NCBI RefSeq assembly: GCF_004010195.1
Contig: NC_057751.1
Span: forward strand, 12,602,908 to 12,666,907
Reading direction: 5' to 3'
From: Chiloscyllium plagiosum
Taxonomy: Eukaryota
DNA: 64,000 nucleotides
Shown: positions 25,720 to 37,825 of the stretch, one piece after another
Layout of the letters: every line of letters begins with the position of its first letter
Numbering within the stretch: position 1 is the first letter of the stretch
Translations under genes and position numbers: made by a program
Notes under the pieces: model-generated
Seen by the model: the letters and a program-made list of their open reading frames with translations, nothing else
Told to the model about the DNA's origin: nothing
Databases searched by the model: none

Positions 25720-25910
25720 AGACTGACTGTGTGGAGTTTGCACCAGTCCAAAGATGTGCAGGTCAGGTGAACGGGCAATTTAGCATGGCCCATAGTGTTA
25801 GGTAAGGGGTAAATATAGGGGTATGGGTGGGTTACGCTTCGGCGGGTTGGTGTGGACTTGTTGGGCCGAAGGGCCTGTATCCACACTGTAATGTAATCTA
25901 ATCTCATCTA
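25720..25910 (+). mobile_element. 5'-truncated HE1-type SINE
   Basis: GACTGACTGTGTGGAGTTTGCAC...GGGCCGAAGGGCCTGTATCCACACTGTAATGTAATCTAATCT. Confidence 0.9.
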
Positions 25911-26032
25911 AAATCAAAGGACAGACTTGTGTGTTTTTTGACCAAAATAGAATGTGCAATTACAATTCTGCAAATGCAAATTTACCCCAGAGACTTATAC
26001 GTGATTGAGGGAGCAGCGCTGTAAAAGCTATA

Positions 26033-26174
26033 CAGAACAACCTCGATTATCTGAAATAGACGGGCGGGGAGTATTTTCTTCAGAAAACTGAGAGTTTGAT
26101 CACGGATTGTTCAGGTAATGGATAGCATTTTTACAGGACCCTAAGATCTTGTTCAGATAATTGGGGTTTTACTG
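26033..26174. mobile_element. Tc1/mariner (Tigger/pogo-like) MITE
   Basis: TA|CAGAACAACCTCGATTATCTGAA ... TTCAGATAATTGGGGTTTTACTG|TA: imperfect TIRs of about 23 bp and a TA duplication. Confidence 0.8.
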
Positions 26175-26819
26175 TACTTCCAAATAAACCTGTTAGACTT
26201 TAACCTGGTGTTGTGTGATTTTTAGCTTCATAATATTGTGACAAAGCTGCCTCCAGCATGTTGTGAACTCAAACATATCGCCTCTCCTGCTGTAATTTTA
26301 ACTTCAGTTCAAGCATTCTACTCCGTCTTGAACGTGATCTGGAGAAAGTTGAAAGTTTTCTTCTGAAAATCATCTCTAGAAGTTTGTGAATACAGAATGT
26401 ATCTGGTTTTGTTATTTCAGCAGTTCAAAAGTCATGTTAATTGCTCCAAATCTTATTTTCCCCAGTTGAACCCCTGTGCATTAGTTATTGTTTTCTTTAG
26501 AGAGCAGATGAACACCCTGCTTGATCCACCTTGCTATTGTGGAGTGCGCTGTCTGCCCAGCTTAAATAGTCTTCGGTTAACGACCAGTCATCTAATGATC
26601 AAATTTTAGCCTTTTAAGACTGAGATGTGAAAAATATATTCACTCAGTGTTGTGAATCTTTGAAAATATATTGCAGTATATTCAAAATGGGAATTGTCCC
26701 AAATTTGTAATCATTGGGAAAGTGGAATTGAGGTGTTAGTTTAGTTACTGAATGTTAAAGGTTTGAGGGACTGATCCTGTTTCTTGCGGACATTATAAGG
26801 TGCTTTTGTTCTTGTCTTG

Positions 26820-27135
26820 GATTTTCTTTCTTTATCTTTTCTGGGATGTGGGCATTGATTTCATGTCTGACAATTGTTGCCCCTTCCAAATTGTCCTTGA
26901 ACTGAATGGTCTGCTTGGCCACTCACTTGCTGCGGCCCTGGCATCACAGGGTAAGAATGACAGCTTTCCTTCCCCGAAGGATGTGTGAGAACCAAGTGGA
27001 GTTCAACTCCTGTCACTGGTGGTTCTGTGATCACTCTCACTGAGAAGATTTAAATTCCACCAGCACCATGACCACAAAGAATGACCCCGGGTCTCTGCAT
27101 TACTAGCCCAACCATTGACACTCAGTTGCCACATC
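26820..27135 (-). mobile_element. tRNA-headed SINE (second family), decayed
   Basis: TGGGATGTGGGCATTG..GCCCCTTCCAAATTGTCCTTGAACTGAATGG, similar to the copies at 9515 and 52805. Confidence 0.6.
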
Positions 27136-30014
27136 CTGCATTGTAGAACAGCAGTTTGAAGGTTTTGGAGAATATAAAGAAACTGCTTCTGTATCTTCCT
27201 TACTTTCTTGGTTTCACTAAGCTCAGCCTTCAGTAAACTCTTTTTTTTATTTGTACCCTTCAATGACCTACATGCCAAGATATAAAGTGTCTCTCTGAAA
27301 GGAGTCAACTTCATCTTATGTTTGTCAAGTTCATTGAAGTGACAAAGCACGGCTGTAAAAATTTGGCACGTATTGAAGCAATTGTATGCGAAAATCCCTG
27401 GCTACTCTGTTTTTAACCACTGTTGAAGTTTTTTGTGAAAGATTAATTTGGGAATCTAAGTCGATTACTTTGTTGGCACCCTGTAAATAATAAGTTATCA
27501 AATTCCTTTCAATGTGCCTGAATACAATGACCTATTTATAAGTTAAAGCTCAGTCAGAGACCACCTGCTACAATGACAAGCAGTCTTGGTGTGATAAGTG
27601 GTCAGAAACTTCTAAGCATTTGTCTGGTTTGATCACTTGAACTGTGAGAGTCCTTCTGGTAAATGTGATGGAAAAACGATCAACCTTAATTATAAAATTA
27701 GCAAAATTTGTGCTACATGTATGTGTACTCATGATAATAAGTGGAAAATAAACTGTAGTCTTGTGTGAACGTTGACTTCCTGTCTGGGAGTTTCATGAAG
27801 CCCTGCTTTGATTGAGCGAGTGGTAAAGCATAGCTGTCTGCAATTGCTCTTCTGAACTGAATTTAAGCCCTCTTGAGGTTTCTGAATCAATAGTTAGACA
27901 GAGTCACATCATTAAGTACCACAGGAGATCTCAGCAGGTTGCCTGTATTCCATGATCTGCAATGTCATTGGGTGATTCCTGATTAAAATGTAAGTTTTGT
28001 GCTAAGCCCCCCCATGGTTCCTGATTTTTACCATGTATTGTTTATCGAACACTGTTGTCCATCCTGTTGATGGATATTAATTCAGAGTGGCACTCGTCTT
28101 TCATGGATGCGGGTGTATTCGTGCAATGCTGGCTGTCTGGGACTCAGCCTGAGTTAAAAATGATCATGTAGTTCAGTGACAGGTCTCACTGCTATAGCTG
28201 TCAGATGAAACGTCGTGCAAGAAATTTAGACCCCACTGGGATTCAGGAATACCGAATTGTACTTGACTCAAAGTAATGTTTTAAAACTCTGCCAGGAAAT
28301 CCAACAACTCTGAAGAAAGCAGAAAAGCTGTTATGAAATTCAGTTGTCTATTTTGGTGCTGACAATCTTAATGAAAACAATCAGTCATTTTCTCAGAGCT
28401 TGTGTCATCTGTGTCATGTTATCATTATAGTAAAAAGAAGCACAGAGATGAGCACTTTTATGCTGATGTATGATCTCCATGTTTAGATTGTAGACAATTG
28501 CCTCTTCGGTATGTGAATGGACTGCCTTTGTGTTTCTTTTGTGTAGTACAGTGTTAGAGGGATGGAACTCACTGTTATTTTCTGTCATACAGTGAGTTTT
28601 AGGGAAGAGTTCCTCAGGCACAAGCAGTGTGATTTGTTTTGGCCTCCATCTGAAGAGCAGCATTGTTTTTAAAATTGTACCTTTGCTTCATTCATGTTCC
28701 AAAGGTAACTTTAAAAACCTGAGAACATAACAAAAAATTAACCTGATTTTGTTTTGAATTCCTTGGTTGGAAAGTATTCACGCACTGCAATGAAACTACT
28801 TATTAACTTATTGCTCCTTTCCTGAAGATGGATTTTCTCTCTTGAGACCCCTTTCTTTCGATATGGAGTAAGGGCGTGGGTAGAAATTAAGGCATGAAAC
28901 CAAAGGAACGGTTGAAGAGAGGTTTCTGAGTGAGGGAGGGGTCCAGTTGGCCAATGGCATCACTCTTTGTTTTCTGAGTTGCAGGGTCTTTGCGAGGTTG
29001 TAGATAAGAGCTTCCCATTCACTAACTTTAAAAAGCAAATTGCTGCCCCCTGTGCTCAACTCACAAAAAAACACTCTCTTGTGGGGATGATTACTGAAAC
29101 TCTGGACTTCTATGAAGTTGCTAGCAAGTCTTCTGGATGTTTGTCAAACAACCATTTTTTGTGCTGTGTGTTAACGTAAGACTGTTAAGTCTGATTGTCT
29201 TCAGAAAGTTCGTACACATTTACTTCATCTGCTGCAGTGAAGCCTCTGTTGTGATCAGCCCAGTGGACCTTGTGTAAGCTCTGTAGTTCAGGAATGTTCG
29301 ATTCTCAGACTTATCCTCTGAGAATCTAGGTTAGTTTTTTTTTGTAAATGGCAGATTTTTATAAGTGGTTTTAAATATTGTTGGTGAAATGGACTTGTTG
29401 CATTTACTATGGTTAGTTACCTCTGCAGCCCCTGCTGGTCTTGTTGAGATATGCCAATTACTTATGGCAATGTGCCTGTAACTACAGGGATTTTAATTTC
29501 AATTTTCTTGGACTTGAATTAGACACGGTTAGAAAAGTGACTGAAGCAATTGGATCATTTTGTGGTTTAGATTCAAATGTTTGCCTTATGCTGTCAGAAT
29601 ATGAAAATGTGTTGTATGTGCGTGTGTATGTCACACAGATGTTAGCACAGGATGATTGATGCTTGGGACACATTCAACACACTGTATTTATTTAATATTT
29701 AACTAAAATACCACAGCAATTTCATGGTCTCTGCTCTTTCACTTGGTGTGTTTTGAGTTATGGGTGTGTACAGCACAATGGATACAGGAGGAATGAGAAA
29801 CTAGCTGAAAAGCTGGGCAGTTTGCAAGAAGAACCTCTTGAGGGTAATGGGCTGATGTAATTGATGGTGGCATTTTATTGATGTAGGTGCATTTCATAAA
29901 AATGGGAGAGCTTTGCACCTCAGGCACTCCGGTCTCAAGTTTGCTTGAATTGTGATCAGCTGTCAATGGAAGTGGAAAAAAGTACCCTTCCTTCAAGTTG
30001 CTTTGTTTAGATTG

Positions 30015-30400
30015 TTAGCCATGGCTTGGTAGGTCACAGTCTTGCTTGAGTTAGAAGATTGTTTAATCCCAATCCAAGGATTTGGGAATTTCGATGCTGC
30101 ATTGTCAGAGGTGTCAGTTTTCAGAAGGGTGGTCCCGTATGTTCTCTCTTCAAAACTAAACAAAATGAAATGAACCCATTTAAAAGGTCCTTCCTGGTGT
30201 CCAGGCCTAAATTCATCCCTACAATAGCAGCTAGAAAAGAAATGATCTGGTCATTAATACAATGTTATTTTGGGACTTGATTTGGTGCAAATTGACTGGT
30301 GTGTTTCTGACATTACAAAAGTTTTAAGAACTTAAAAAAATATGGTTGTGAAATGTTTGAGGTTGTGAAAAGAGTACCATCTAAATGCCTGTGTTGTTCT
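30015..30400 (+). mobile_element. Deu-domain SINE, decayed
   Basis: GCCATGGCTTGGTAGG head; CCTGGTGTCCAGGCC..ATCTGGTCATT..GTGCAAATTGACTG core, as in 358-765. Confidence 0.65.
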
Positions 30401-32533
30401 TGAATTTGATGTGTTGTCGAAGGCTTTACATGCCATTCTTTTGTCACTTTAATTGTATCATTAGGAACCCAGTTTCGTCCCTGTATTCTGGTTGATAGTC
30501 AGGTAACTAATGCGGAAAGGCTGAATGGAGAAGAGAATTTCACACTTGGGTAAGGTTTTTTTTATTGGAATAAGTTCATCTGATTTTTCTTCATGTGTTG
30601 TCTCCCTTAGAGTCCTAAGGTCATGTTGGAGATTTTGATTAGGTTGCTTCTGTGCACACCGTATGTAAAATCAACCAGAATTGGTGTCACATTTGACCCT
30701 TCAGCTCATTACACTGCTGCAAAATCTGTACCGTTCCAAGATGCAAAACTTAATGCTCAAAATTTTAATGACTGCATATCGTTGCAAGTTGTGTACATGG
30801 TGAGCTAAATCCCTTGACTTGTGCACAATTTCTGATGTCTCACCAATTAAGAAAATTGTTGACCTTGCATTTATTGATTGAAAAATCTTGCCATTTTTCT
30901 CAGATGCCATTGTTTCATCCACTCAGTTAGTCTGCCTGTTTTCCATTGTGACCTAATGCTTTTATCAGCATAACTTAGAGGCAAGTTCAGAAGCAACTGT
31001 CTGCAGACTTTAAGAAGTGATGATATATCCATTGCGTTAGTTTTGTTCTGCATCTGGAGTTAATTGTGTTTGCACAGGTTTGGAGAGGGGTAGTACATGT
31101 TTCTTGCTAGAAGCTTAAGTTTACGGTATCTCCTTACCTGAAACTGCCTAATTTTGTGCCCGTTGACTTCATATATTTGCTCTTAGTCATGCTCATTTTA
31201 AAGCAGATTTGTGAGCACCTGTGGAGTGACACCAGAATTCAAGTTTTACCTTGTGGAAAGTGATCGGTTTGAAATATGATCTCTCTTTTCTCGCTCTGTC
31301 TCTCCTCCTCGCTCTCTCTGTGCTGTCATAACTTCTGAGTGTTTGTACCAATTTTCTAGCATTCTGTGTTTAGTTGTGTGTTTTTTAGCTTTATTTCTAT
31401 CTGCAGTGAAGAGCACAGGATTTTGTCAGTTACTTTGGCCTAACCACATGGGTTACCCGCTATTTACAGCTGTCAGTAAGAAGCATACAAATGTAAAACT
31501 GCTTAGGAAATCAGACTCGACTTGGGGCACTTTCTCTTAATCGGTACATTCTCCAGCCAACTAAGCAGTTGGATATTTACGAATCAGTCTTTTCACGGAG
31601 GTTATGACACACCACTGGAACATATGGGAGTTGAACCCAGTCTTCCTGGTTCAGAGCAAGGGAGACTACCACCGTGCTACAAGAGCTCTCAAAGCATTCT
31701 GTATCTGGTATTCCCAGGCAGTCTCATATTTACTGGCTTTTTTAAGTTTGTGAAAAAAGCCTAATTGAATCAATTATAATTTTCTGGGTAAAGTTTTGTT
31801 GATATCCAAATTTTGTTTTTGAATGTCTGTTGGCCTTCAGTATTTGAAAAATGCTTGATAATCTGAAGAATCGCTCTCTGCAGGAAATGTCCATGGTCAC
31901 AGTTACACTAATTTATGTGGAGTGCATTTATTTGTTAGCATTTCACTTTTGCCAACCTGTTGAGGTACTGAATGAATTGGCAGGTAGTTCACCTTGTATC
32001 TGCAGTCCTTGATGCTTCATTCAAATGGCTTTTCTGTTTGGATCAATGGGGAATTCCATTGTCTAAGACTTGAGTCCTCACCCAGCATCCTCAAGTGGTC
32101 ATTGTCATTGTTAGGGCCCTTGGATGTTTTTTGTGTGCTTGCTGAGAAAGTATTGAAACTGCACCTAATCATTGATGAGGCACTGAATTGCTGATTTGTA
32201 TCATAAACACTTAATTGGTGCACATAACTTCTGAGAACGGAGAATGGATTGCAGCCGTTCTTCAAATCAATTATCCTTATCATTTATGTTTTAGGGAGGT
32301 AGCAAGCAATTTGTCGTCTTTTGAGGTCTGTGGTTAGGACAAGTAGAAAAGCTAGAATTATGGTCTGAACCAGGGCTAGCATATACTGATTAAATGACAA
32401 AAGTTCATTCATATCTTTACCAACAAATTGTCACGTGTTTATGTATTTACACAAATGTCTGTAAAGGAAATGTGTTACACCATGTCAGAGATGCTTTGGA
32501 TTGCATGTTTTGTACTTAACTCTGATTCGACAG

Positions 32534-32581
32534 ATTGAGATCTCCATTTATGAAGACAGAAATTTCAGCAGTGGAAGATGA
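32534..32581 (+). CDS. GOLGA7: GOLGA7 coding exon 5 (stop-containing)
   Basis: ttcgacag|ATT GAG ATC TCC ATT TAT GAA GAC AGA AAT TTC AGC AGT GGA AGA TGA = IEISIYEDRNFSSGR*. The short SSGR end matches GOLGA7 rather than the Ser/Gly-extended GOLGA7B. Total protein 145 aa. Confidence 0.96.
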   Translation: MEISIYEDRNFSSGR

Positions 32582-33492
32582 AGTGCAGAGAAGCTAAGGT
32601 ATGAACTTGCTGGACTGTGGTCACATCTCTGTCTGAAGCAGCAACACATAGGATACTAATTTCTCATTCAAGATCCCTGAAGCTCCATGACCATGGAACA
32701 TTGCCAACATCATACTTGATCATGAAATGACAGGTTGGAGTATCTCTCCCACAGATTTTTGAAAAGCCACTTGATATAGTATAGAAGCGATACAAAACAA
32801 AATCAGTTTCGTTTTCACCTGTTGTCAAGTTCCATTTATCTTGATTGTTATAAATTGTTCAGGCTGGTAATTAGGGGAAGAAAAGCAAGAGTCTTCAGTG
32901 TACAACAGTGCAAAGAAAAATTCAAGTACTTAAAATGTGCTTCAATGAGATGAGATTTCACACTAGCTTCGATTGAGAATTAAATTTAAATGTGCAGAAT
33001 TGAATGCCAACATTTTTGAATTGGTCTAGTTTTCATCAGCATTTACTTTAAGATTTGGACATAGAATGTGTGCCCTGTTTGAAATCTGAATGACCAGAAA
33101 TTTGGATTTCTATACCCAAACCACTTTTGTGTTTAATAAAGTGATAGATACAAGCAGTATTTGCCTATTGTCTCTCAACCTCAGTTTTTCTATGGGCAAG
33201 AAAACACATGGTTGTCCTTGTTCTTTGTGTTTACTCATGTTTCTGCTTCCTTCTCCCCAGTGTTCAACCTTAGCCCCAGAATCAGAAGGGCATACCCTGC
33301 TGCTGGCAGTGTCATTTTTATGACCCCTGAATGACACAGCTTAGATGTTTGTGTTGTGGTGCTGTGAAATCAGTCACTGATCACATTTTGGAATCTCAAA
33401 GGCCAATCTTACTGTGTGAGATGCCAGGCTTGTAGCCCATCAGCTTGTGCTGGGTTGGTGATTGTGTCTTGGAATTATAAAGTTTATTTTAA

Positions 33493-33689
33493 ACAAGAAT
33501 CGAAGTTGCTGGAAAAGCTAAGCTGGTCTAGCAGCATCTATGAAGTGAAATCAGAGTTAACGTTTCGGGTCTGAGGAAGGGTCACCGGACCCGAAACGTT
33601 AACTCTGATTTCTCTTCACAGATGCTGCTGGATCTGCCGAGCTATTCCAGCAACTTCAGTTCGAGTTTCTGATTTAGAGCATCTGCAGT
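33493..33689 (+). mobile_element. Palindromic Penelope-type insertion with intact hammerhead-like core
   Basis: 33547-33571 pairs perfectly with 33588-33612. CTGAGGA-A-GGGTC-ACCG-GACCC-GAAACGTTA at 33571-33601. Flanks TTATAAAGTTTATTTTAA and TTATAAGGTTAATTTTAA. Confidence 0.85.
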
Positions 33690-36600
33690 TTATAAGGTTA
33701 ATTTTAAGCCTGGTGAAATCCTGTTACAGCTCCATTCTCCAAGATTATTAGTTCACGTGCCTTGGGGAACTTTGTGTCCCACTGTCAGGAGCACTACTTG
33801 GCCGTGTGTTTAGGTTGAAGCTGGGCTTGAGGGAAACTGTATAGCCTGAAGCTTGGAAGTAGCATTGAATGTTGATGCAGACCTTTTCCACGAAAGGATT
33901 TGATGTAGGGTGATAAGATGAGGGATTGAGGGAAGAGACATGGAGTACAAAAGTGTTTTATGGAAAAGACTTTTAGAGATGCATCAAATGTACTTTAGCC
34001 CTATTCGCACATAGGCAGAGAAAGTGATTAGCACACCTGCAGAACATGAATTCCTTTGCGTGCTGCTTTTAAATTTGTTTTAAGTTGCAGCTGGCTCCAC
34101 AATATTTTCTTCTTATGTGTTGCAATGACTCAGTTTAACACCACTAATTCTGTCTAATCTGTTTTCAGTGTGATTGTATTTAAGTCTGCTGTTCGAGGTT
34201 TTTCTTAACATTCAGCCCACTCACTGTTTCATTGTTTGATTTGGAAGTGTATTCACAAGGACTTTAGTCTGCCTCACCAAGTGCTGATATATCCTTCCGA
34301 TAGTTTGGCTCAGCAGCACAGTGAGATTTGTAAATGTGATTAAGTAATTACATTTATACAGGTTATGAAAAGGTGGCTCCTTGTTTTACGGAGCACTGCT
34401 TTATGGGTTTGTGCATTGCGCTTTGAACAAGTTATGATTTGTGCCTGCATTTCGCAGAAACTTGGACTTCGTTTCACAGGGTAATTACAGATGAGTAAGG
34501 CCCTTCATTGCTTTGCTATTCCATTCAGAAAAATGTATGGATATTTATTTTGTTTCATCAAATACACAACACAGAGAAAAGGCCACTTTGCCCAACAGTT
34601 CCTGTGAGCATTGACGCTCTACCCTACCCAGAAGGATATTGCAGCTATTGATCATGTGTTTTGGGATTAAATCTGTTGGAAAAAGGAATAAAATGACTGG
34701 TGCAACTGGTGATTGTCAGCCATCGGTATAAGTGTTCCGTTTGAATCACCAAAATGGCCAACTACTTCAATTTTTCTTGTACTGTCTTGAATACACAAAC
34801 TTACACCATGCTTTTTAAATGGACTTAATCTGTTTTTAGAAAGCAAAACTCCCTCCAAAATGAAGTGGCAACACTGGTTAGCATCTAAACTGTATCCTGA
34901 ATTACAAATGCTCTCCTTTTACTCCGAAACAGACATCATCATGCAACACAATCCAACAAAGTGTGCAGAGATGATCTTTTGCTTATAATAAATGATGGGA
35001 TGAAAACTCATAGCCCACTCTGTTTCTTGTTGACAAAGTCCGATTACTGACAGCGAGAGACAGATGGGGAGGATCTTTGGCTTGGATGAAAATCAAGCTG
35101 GACCTAAGATTTGGAAACTCGTCACAGTTCAACTTTGTCATGTTTCCAAGTCTGAGAGGAGGGTTCTGGGATTTTCTTCCTTTATGCTTACCTAGTTTTC
35201 TGAAAACACAAATCAAGTCCAGAAAGGATTGCTAAACAACCATCAACACAAAAATCCCCATAATCTGTTCAAAAGACAGCTTTTGCAGAAATTAAGTTCA
35301 GTCAAATCATCTCTTGCCTCCTAAAAAGATTTGTTTTTATTTTTCCAAAGTAGTTTGATTTTATGTAATCAGCAGGTAGATCATAGCACACATTTAGCTG
35401 TTGACTTCATTACCAAGAAATAGTGATTTAAAGATCTTTCTTTAATCCAAAGTGTCCAAACAGTTCAGTTTCTTCCACTTATTAATCTAGTCCATGCATA
35501 TGTACTCCTCACCATGGACCAGAATTGTATTATGATGTTTAGACAAATTCTAATAAATTTCATTTTATTTTGTTTATTTACAGTGGGACCAAGGCTGTAA
35601 AGGATACAGGCGAATTCTGCTGGGTATCATTTCTGTACCAAACACGTACCCTACCTCGTCTCTGGACTATCATTCCACAAACTCTTGAGGACCTTGGTGC
35701 CACTTTAAACATTGGATGTTTTGTAATCTGCTGTATCCTCAAATAATGTATGCTATGTGAGGGGTAGGTGGGGGTAAGCAACTAACTATTGTGATCAAAT
35801 TAGTATTTTCTTTCTGAAATGTTTTCTTCAAAAAAATCAAAAGAATTTCTAAATTAACATCACTAGAAGACCACAAGAAAGAGTTGAAGGAAATGTTTAG
35901 AGGTATATGGTCATGATACTCTCTGGGAGCATAAGTTAATCGCTGTCAGAAGCCTTGGATATTTTTCCAGGATGAATTGAAGATGCTTTTGTTTCTTGCT
36001 GTGTTGGGACAAGTGGATGTGCCAGCACAATACATTTAGCCCTAAGAGTACTGGAGATTTTTGATGCCTAAATCAAAACTCTCATTTGGTTTACCTGATG
36101 TTTAATTCCACCAAGCTATGTCTAATTGGCTTGATAGACAGTGTCACTGCCATGTATATCATGCTGTCAAATCTAGGAAGTCTCAGGATATCTGGGGAGT
36201 CTCGGCTGAGGCATCAGTAGGGGCAGAAAGCAGTATCCAATTATAGTTGGTTTGGATTCCTGGATCTCTGTCCCTGATGGACCTGCTTGTCCAAGTTTTG
36301 GATCAGATCAGGTTAATTTGAGAGATGATGAAAGCCTTGCAACATTTAGCAACTGAGCTCAGTGATCCTATAGTTGAGCGTGAGGTGAAGCCTGCTGAGA
36401 AGTGCACGGAACAGACTGAAGACAGCAGCAAGTGAAAGAAGGTGCCTTATACAATTGGGGAAAAAAGAAAATTTGGGTTACTTCAGGATATTTGTAACAG
36501 TATGTTGTTAAGTAGAAGTAGAAACTGGTAAGGAGCATGCTTTAAAACAGCAAAGACAATAAAAGTGTTCAAGCGGCACCCCAACTACAAATATAAAATG

Positions 36601-37584
36601 TTCAGCAATATCTTCAGTCACCAAACTCGTGTTGGCACAGACCCCAGTTGTGGTTTCTTTAGTGATGCATGCAATTCAGATTTTTAAAATAAAACATTCT
36701 AGGAGTGTTCTTAATATAAGACTCCATGTTGGCAAATGCTAGCGACACCACAAGGGGCTATTGCATTACATGATTAGGTTGGCTGATATGGGTGTAGTGC
36801 TAGGAAAGTATGAGTTTACAGAGAAATAAATGCTTTACTGACTATTTTCGAACTTTACTGTGTCTATGAAATGAAAAGTTGAAAGCTTTTTTGCAGAAAC
36901 GGACACTTTGGCAACTCGAATTTTACTTTGCTGAGCAAGATATTTTGCTCCCCTTGTCACTGTTCACCTCCCTACCACCATCGATCATGTTCATGGCCAG
37001 CAGCAATTTGCAAGATCATCACAAAGTGGAGTTTTGCTGACCAAGGGCAGTCACAGAACCACACAGATGCATTTCAAAAATTTGAGAAAGGAGAATTCAG
37101 TACTCTTAGTGGTTAATAACTTCGCCATGCACTGTCATTATGTGTAGCTTTTGGCTACTTGGGCTTATTTCCCAGGGTTCCCTTGTGGCTTTGTAAGATT
37201 AGCTAATTTACATGTTAGTGTCCTTGTGTTTCTCTTGCAATAAAATAATGTAGTATGTGACAATTTCAACAACTTCTAAATCTACTGAGTTTATAAACAT
37301 TTGATATTAATGACTTTTTTTTAAACAGTCATTTAGGTTTTTCAGAGAATGTAAGAAGTGAGAAAATGTGAGTTGTGCTTTGTCACAAACCGAACTGTTC
37401 TGCGTTGTGCAGACTGTTCTGAGCAGTTTTGCTGCTTGTTAGTGCATCTAAAGAAAAATACAAAGCCTGACCTTGATCCCGGGCAAATAATTTGAACAGA
37501 ATCTGAGACAATTTGCTGTCAATCATGTCTGACACTAAATCTGACCTTGTATGACCTCAGGAGCGCAAAAGGGAAGAGGTTTGA

Positions 37585-37825
37585 GTTGTGCAGTGGAGTA
37601 GAACGAACAAAATGTTGACCTTTGCGGTTGCAAAAACCTGCATTTCAATCCAGCTCAGACAGGCAGACTGGAGGTCTCTTCAGGGTGACTGTGAAGGGGA
37701 AGCTAGTTTGGTTGAGGGGGGATGGTGTGGATCTTGTTCCCAATGGACACATGTCCACAGTACAAAACTGGCTGTAATTTGACTGGCACTAATTGGGCAA
37801 TCTCGCTCTGAGAGGCCACAGGCAG
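37585..37825 (+). mobile_element. LF-SINE-like ancient SINE remnant
   Basis: GTTCCCAATGGACACATGTCCACAGTACAAAAC..TGGCACTAATTGGGCAATCTCGCTCTGAGAGGCCACAGG resembles the recalled LF-SINE core, with tRNA-like TTCAATCCAGCTCAG upstream. Confidence 0.6.

Larger units (their letters stand above)
25285..26229. mobile_element. Longer Penelope-type element with inverted ends, interrupted by a SINE and a MITE
   Basis: Left arm 25310-25395 and right arm (26005-26030 plus 26177-26229) belong to the same family as the copies at 19296-19470 and 59377-59549. Confidence 0.7.
25158..32533 (+). other. GOLGA7: U12-type (minor spliceosome) GT-AG intron of GOLGA7
   Basis: 5' splice site GTATCCTTTT (U12 consensus). 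Branch-site-like TACTTAAC at 32513-32520 ends 13 nt before the exon, and there is no polypyrimidine tract before the AG. Confidence 0.92.

Noticed and set aside
36320..36420. ATGATGA ... CTGA, possible box C/D snoRNA
   Set aside because: The nearest CTGA with a terminal stem is too close, and the later CTGAs lack a terminal stem. More likely a decayed repeat.
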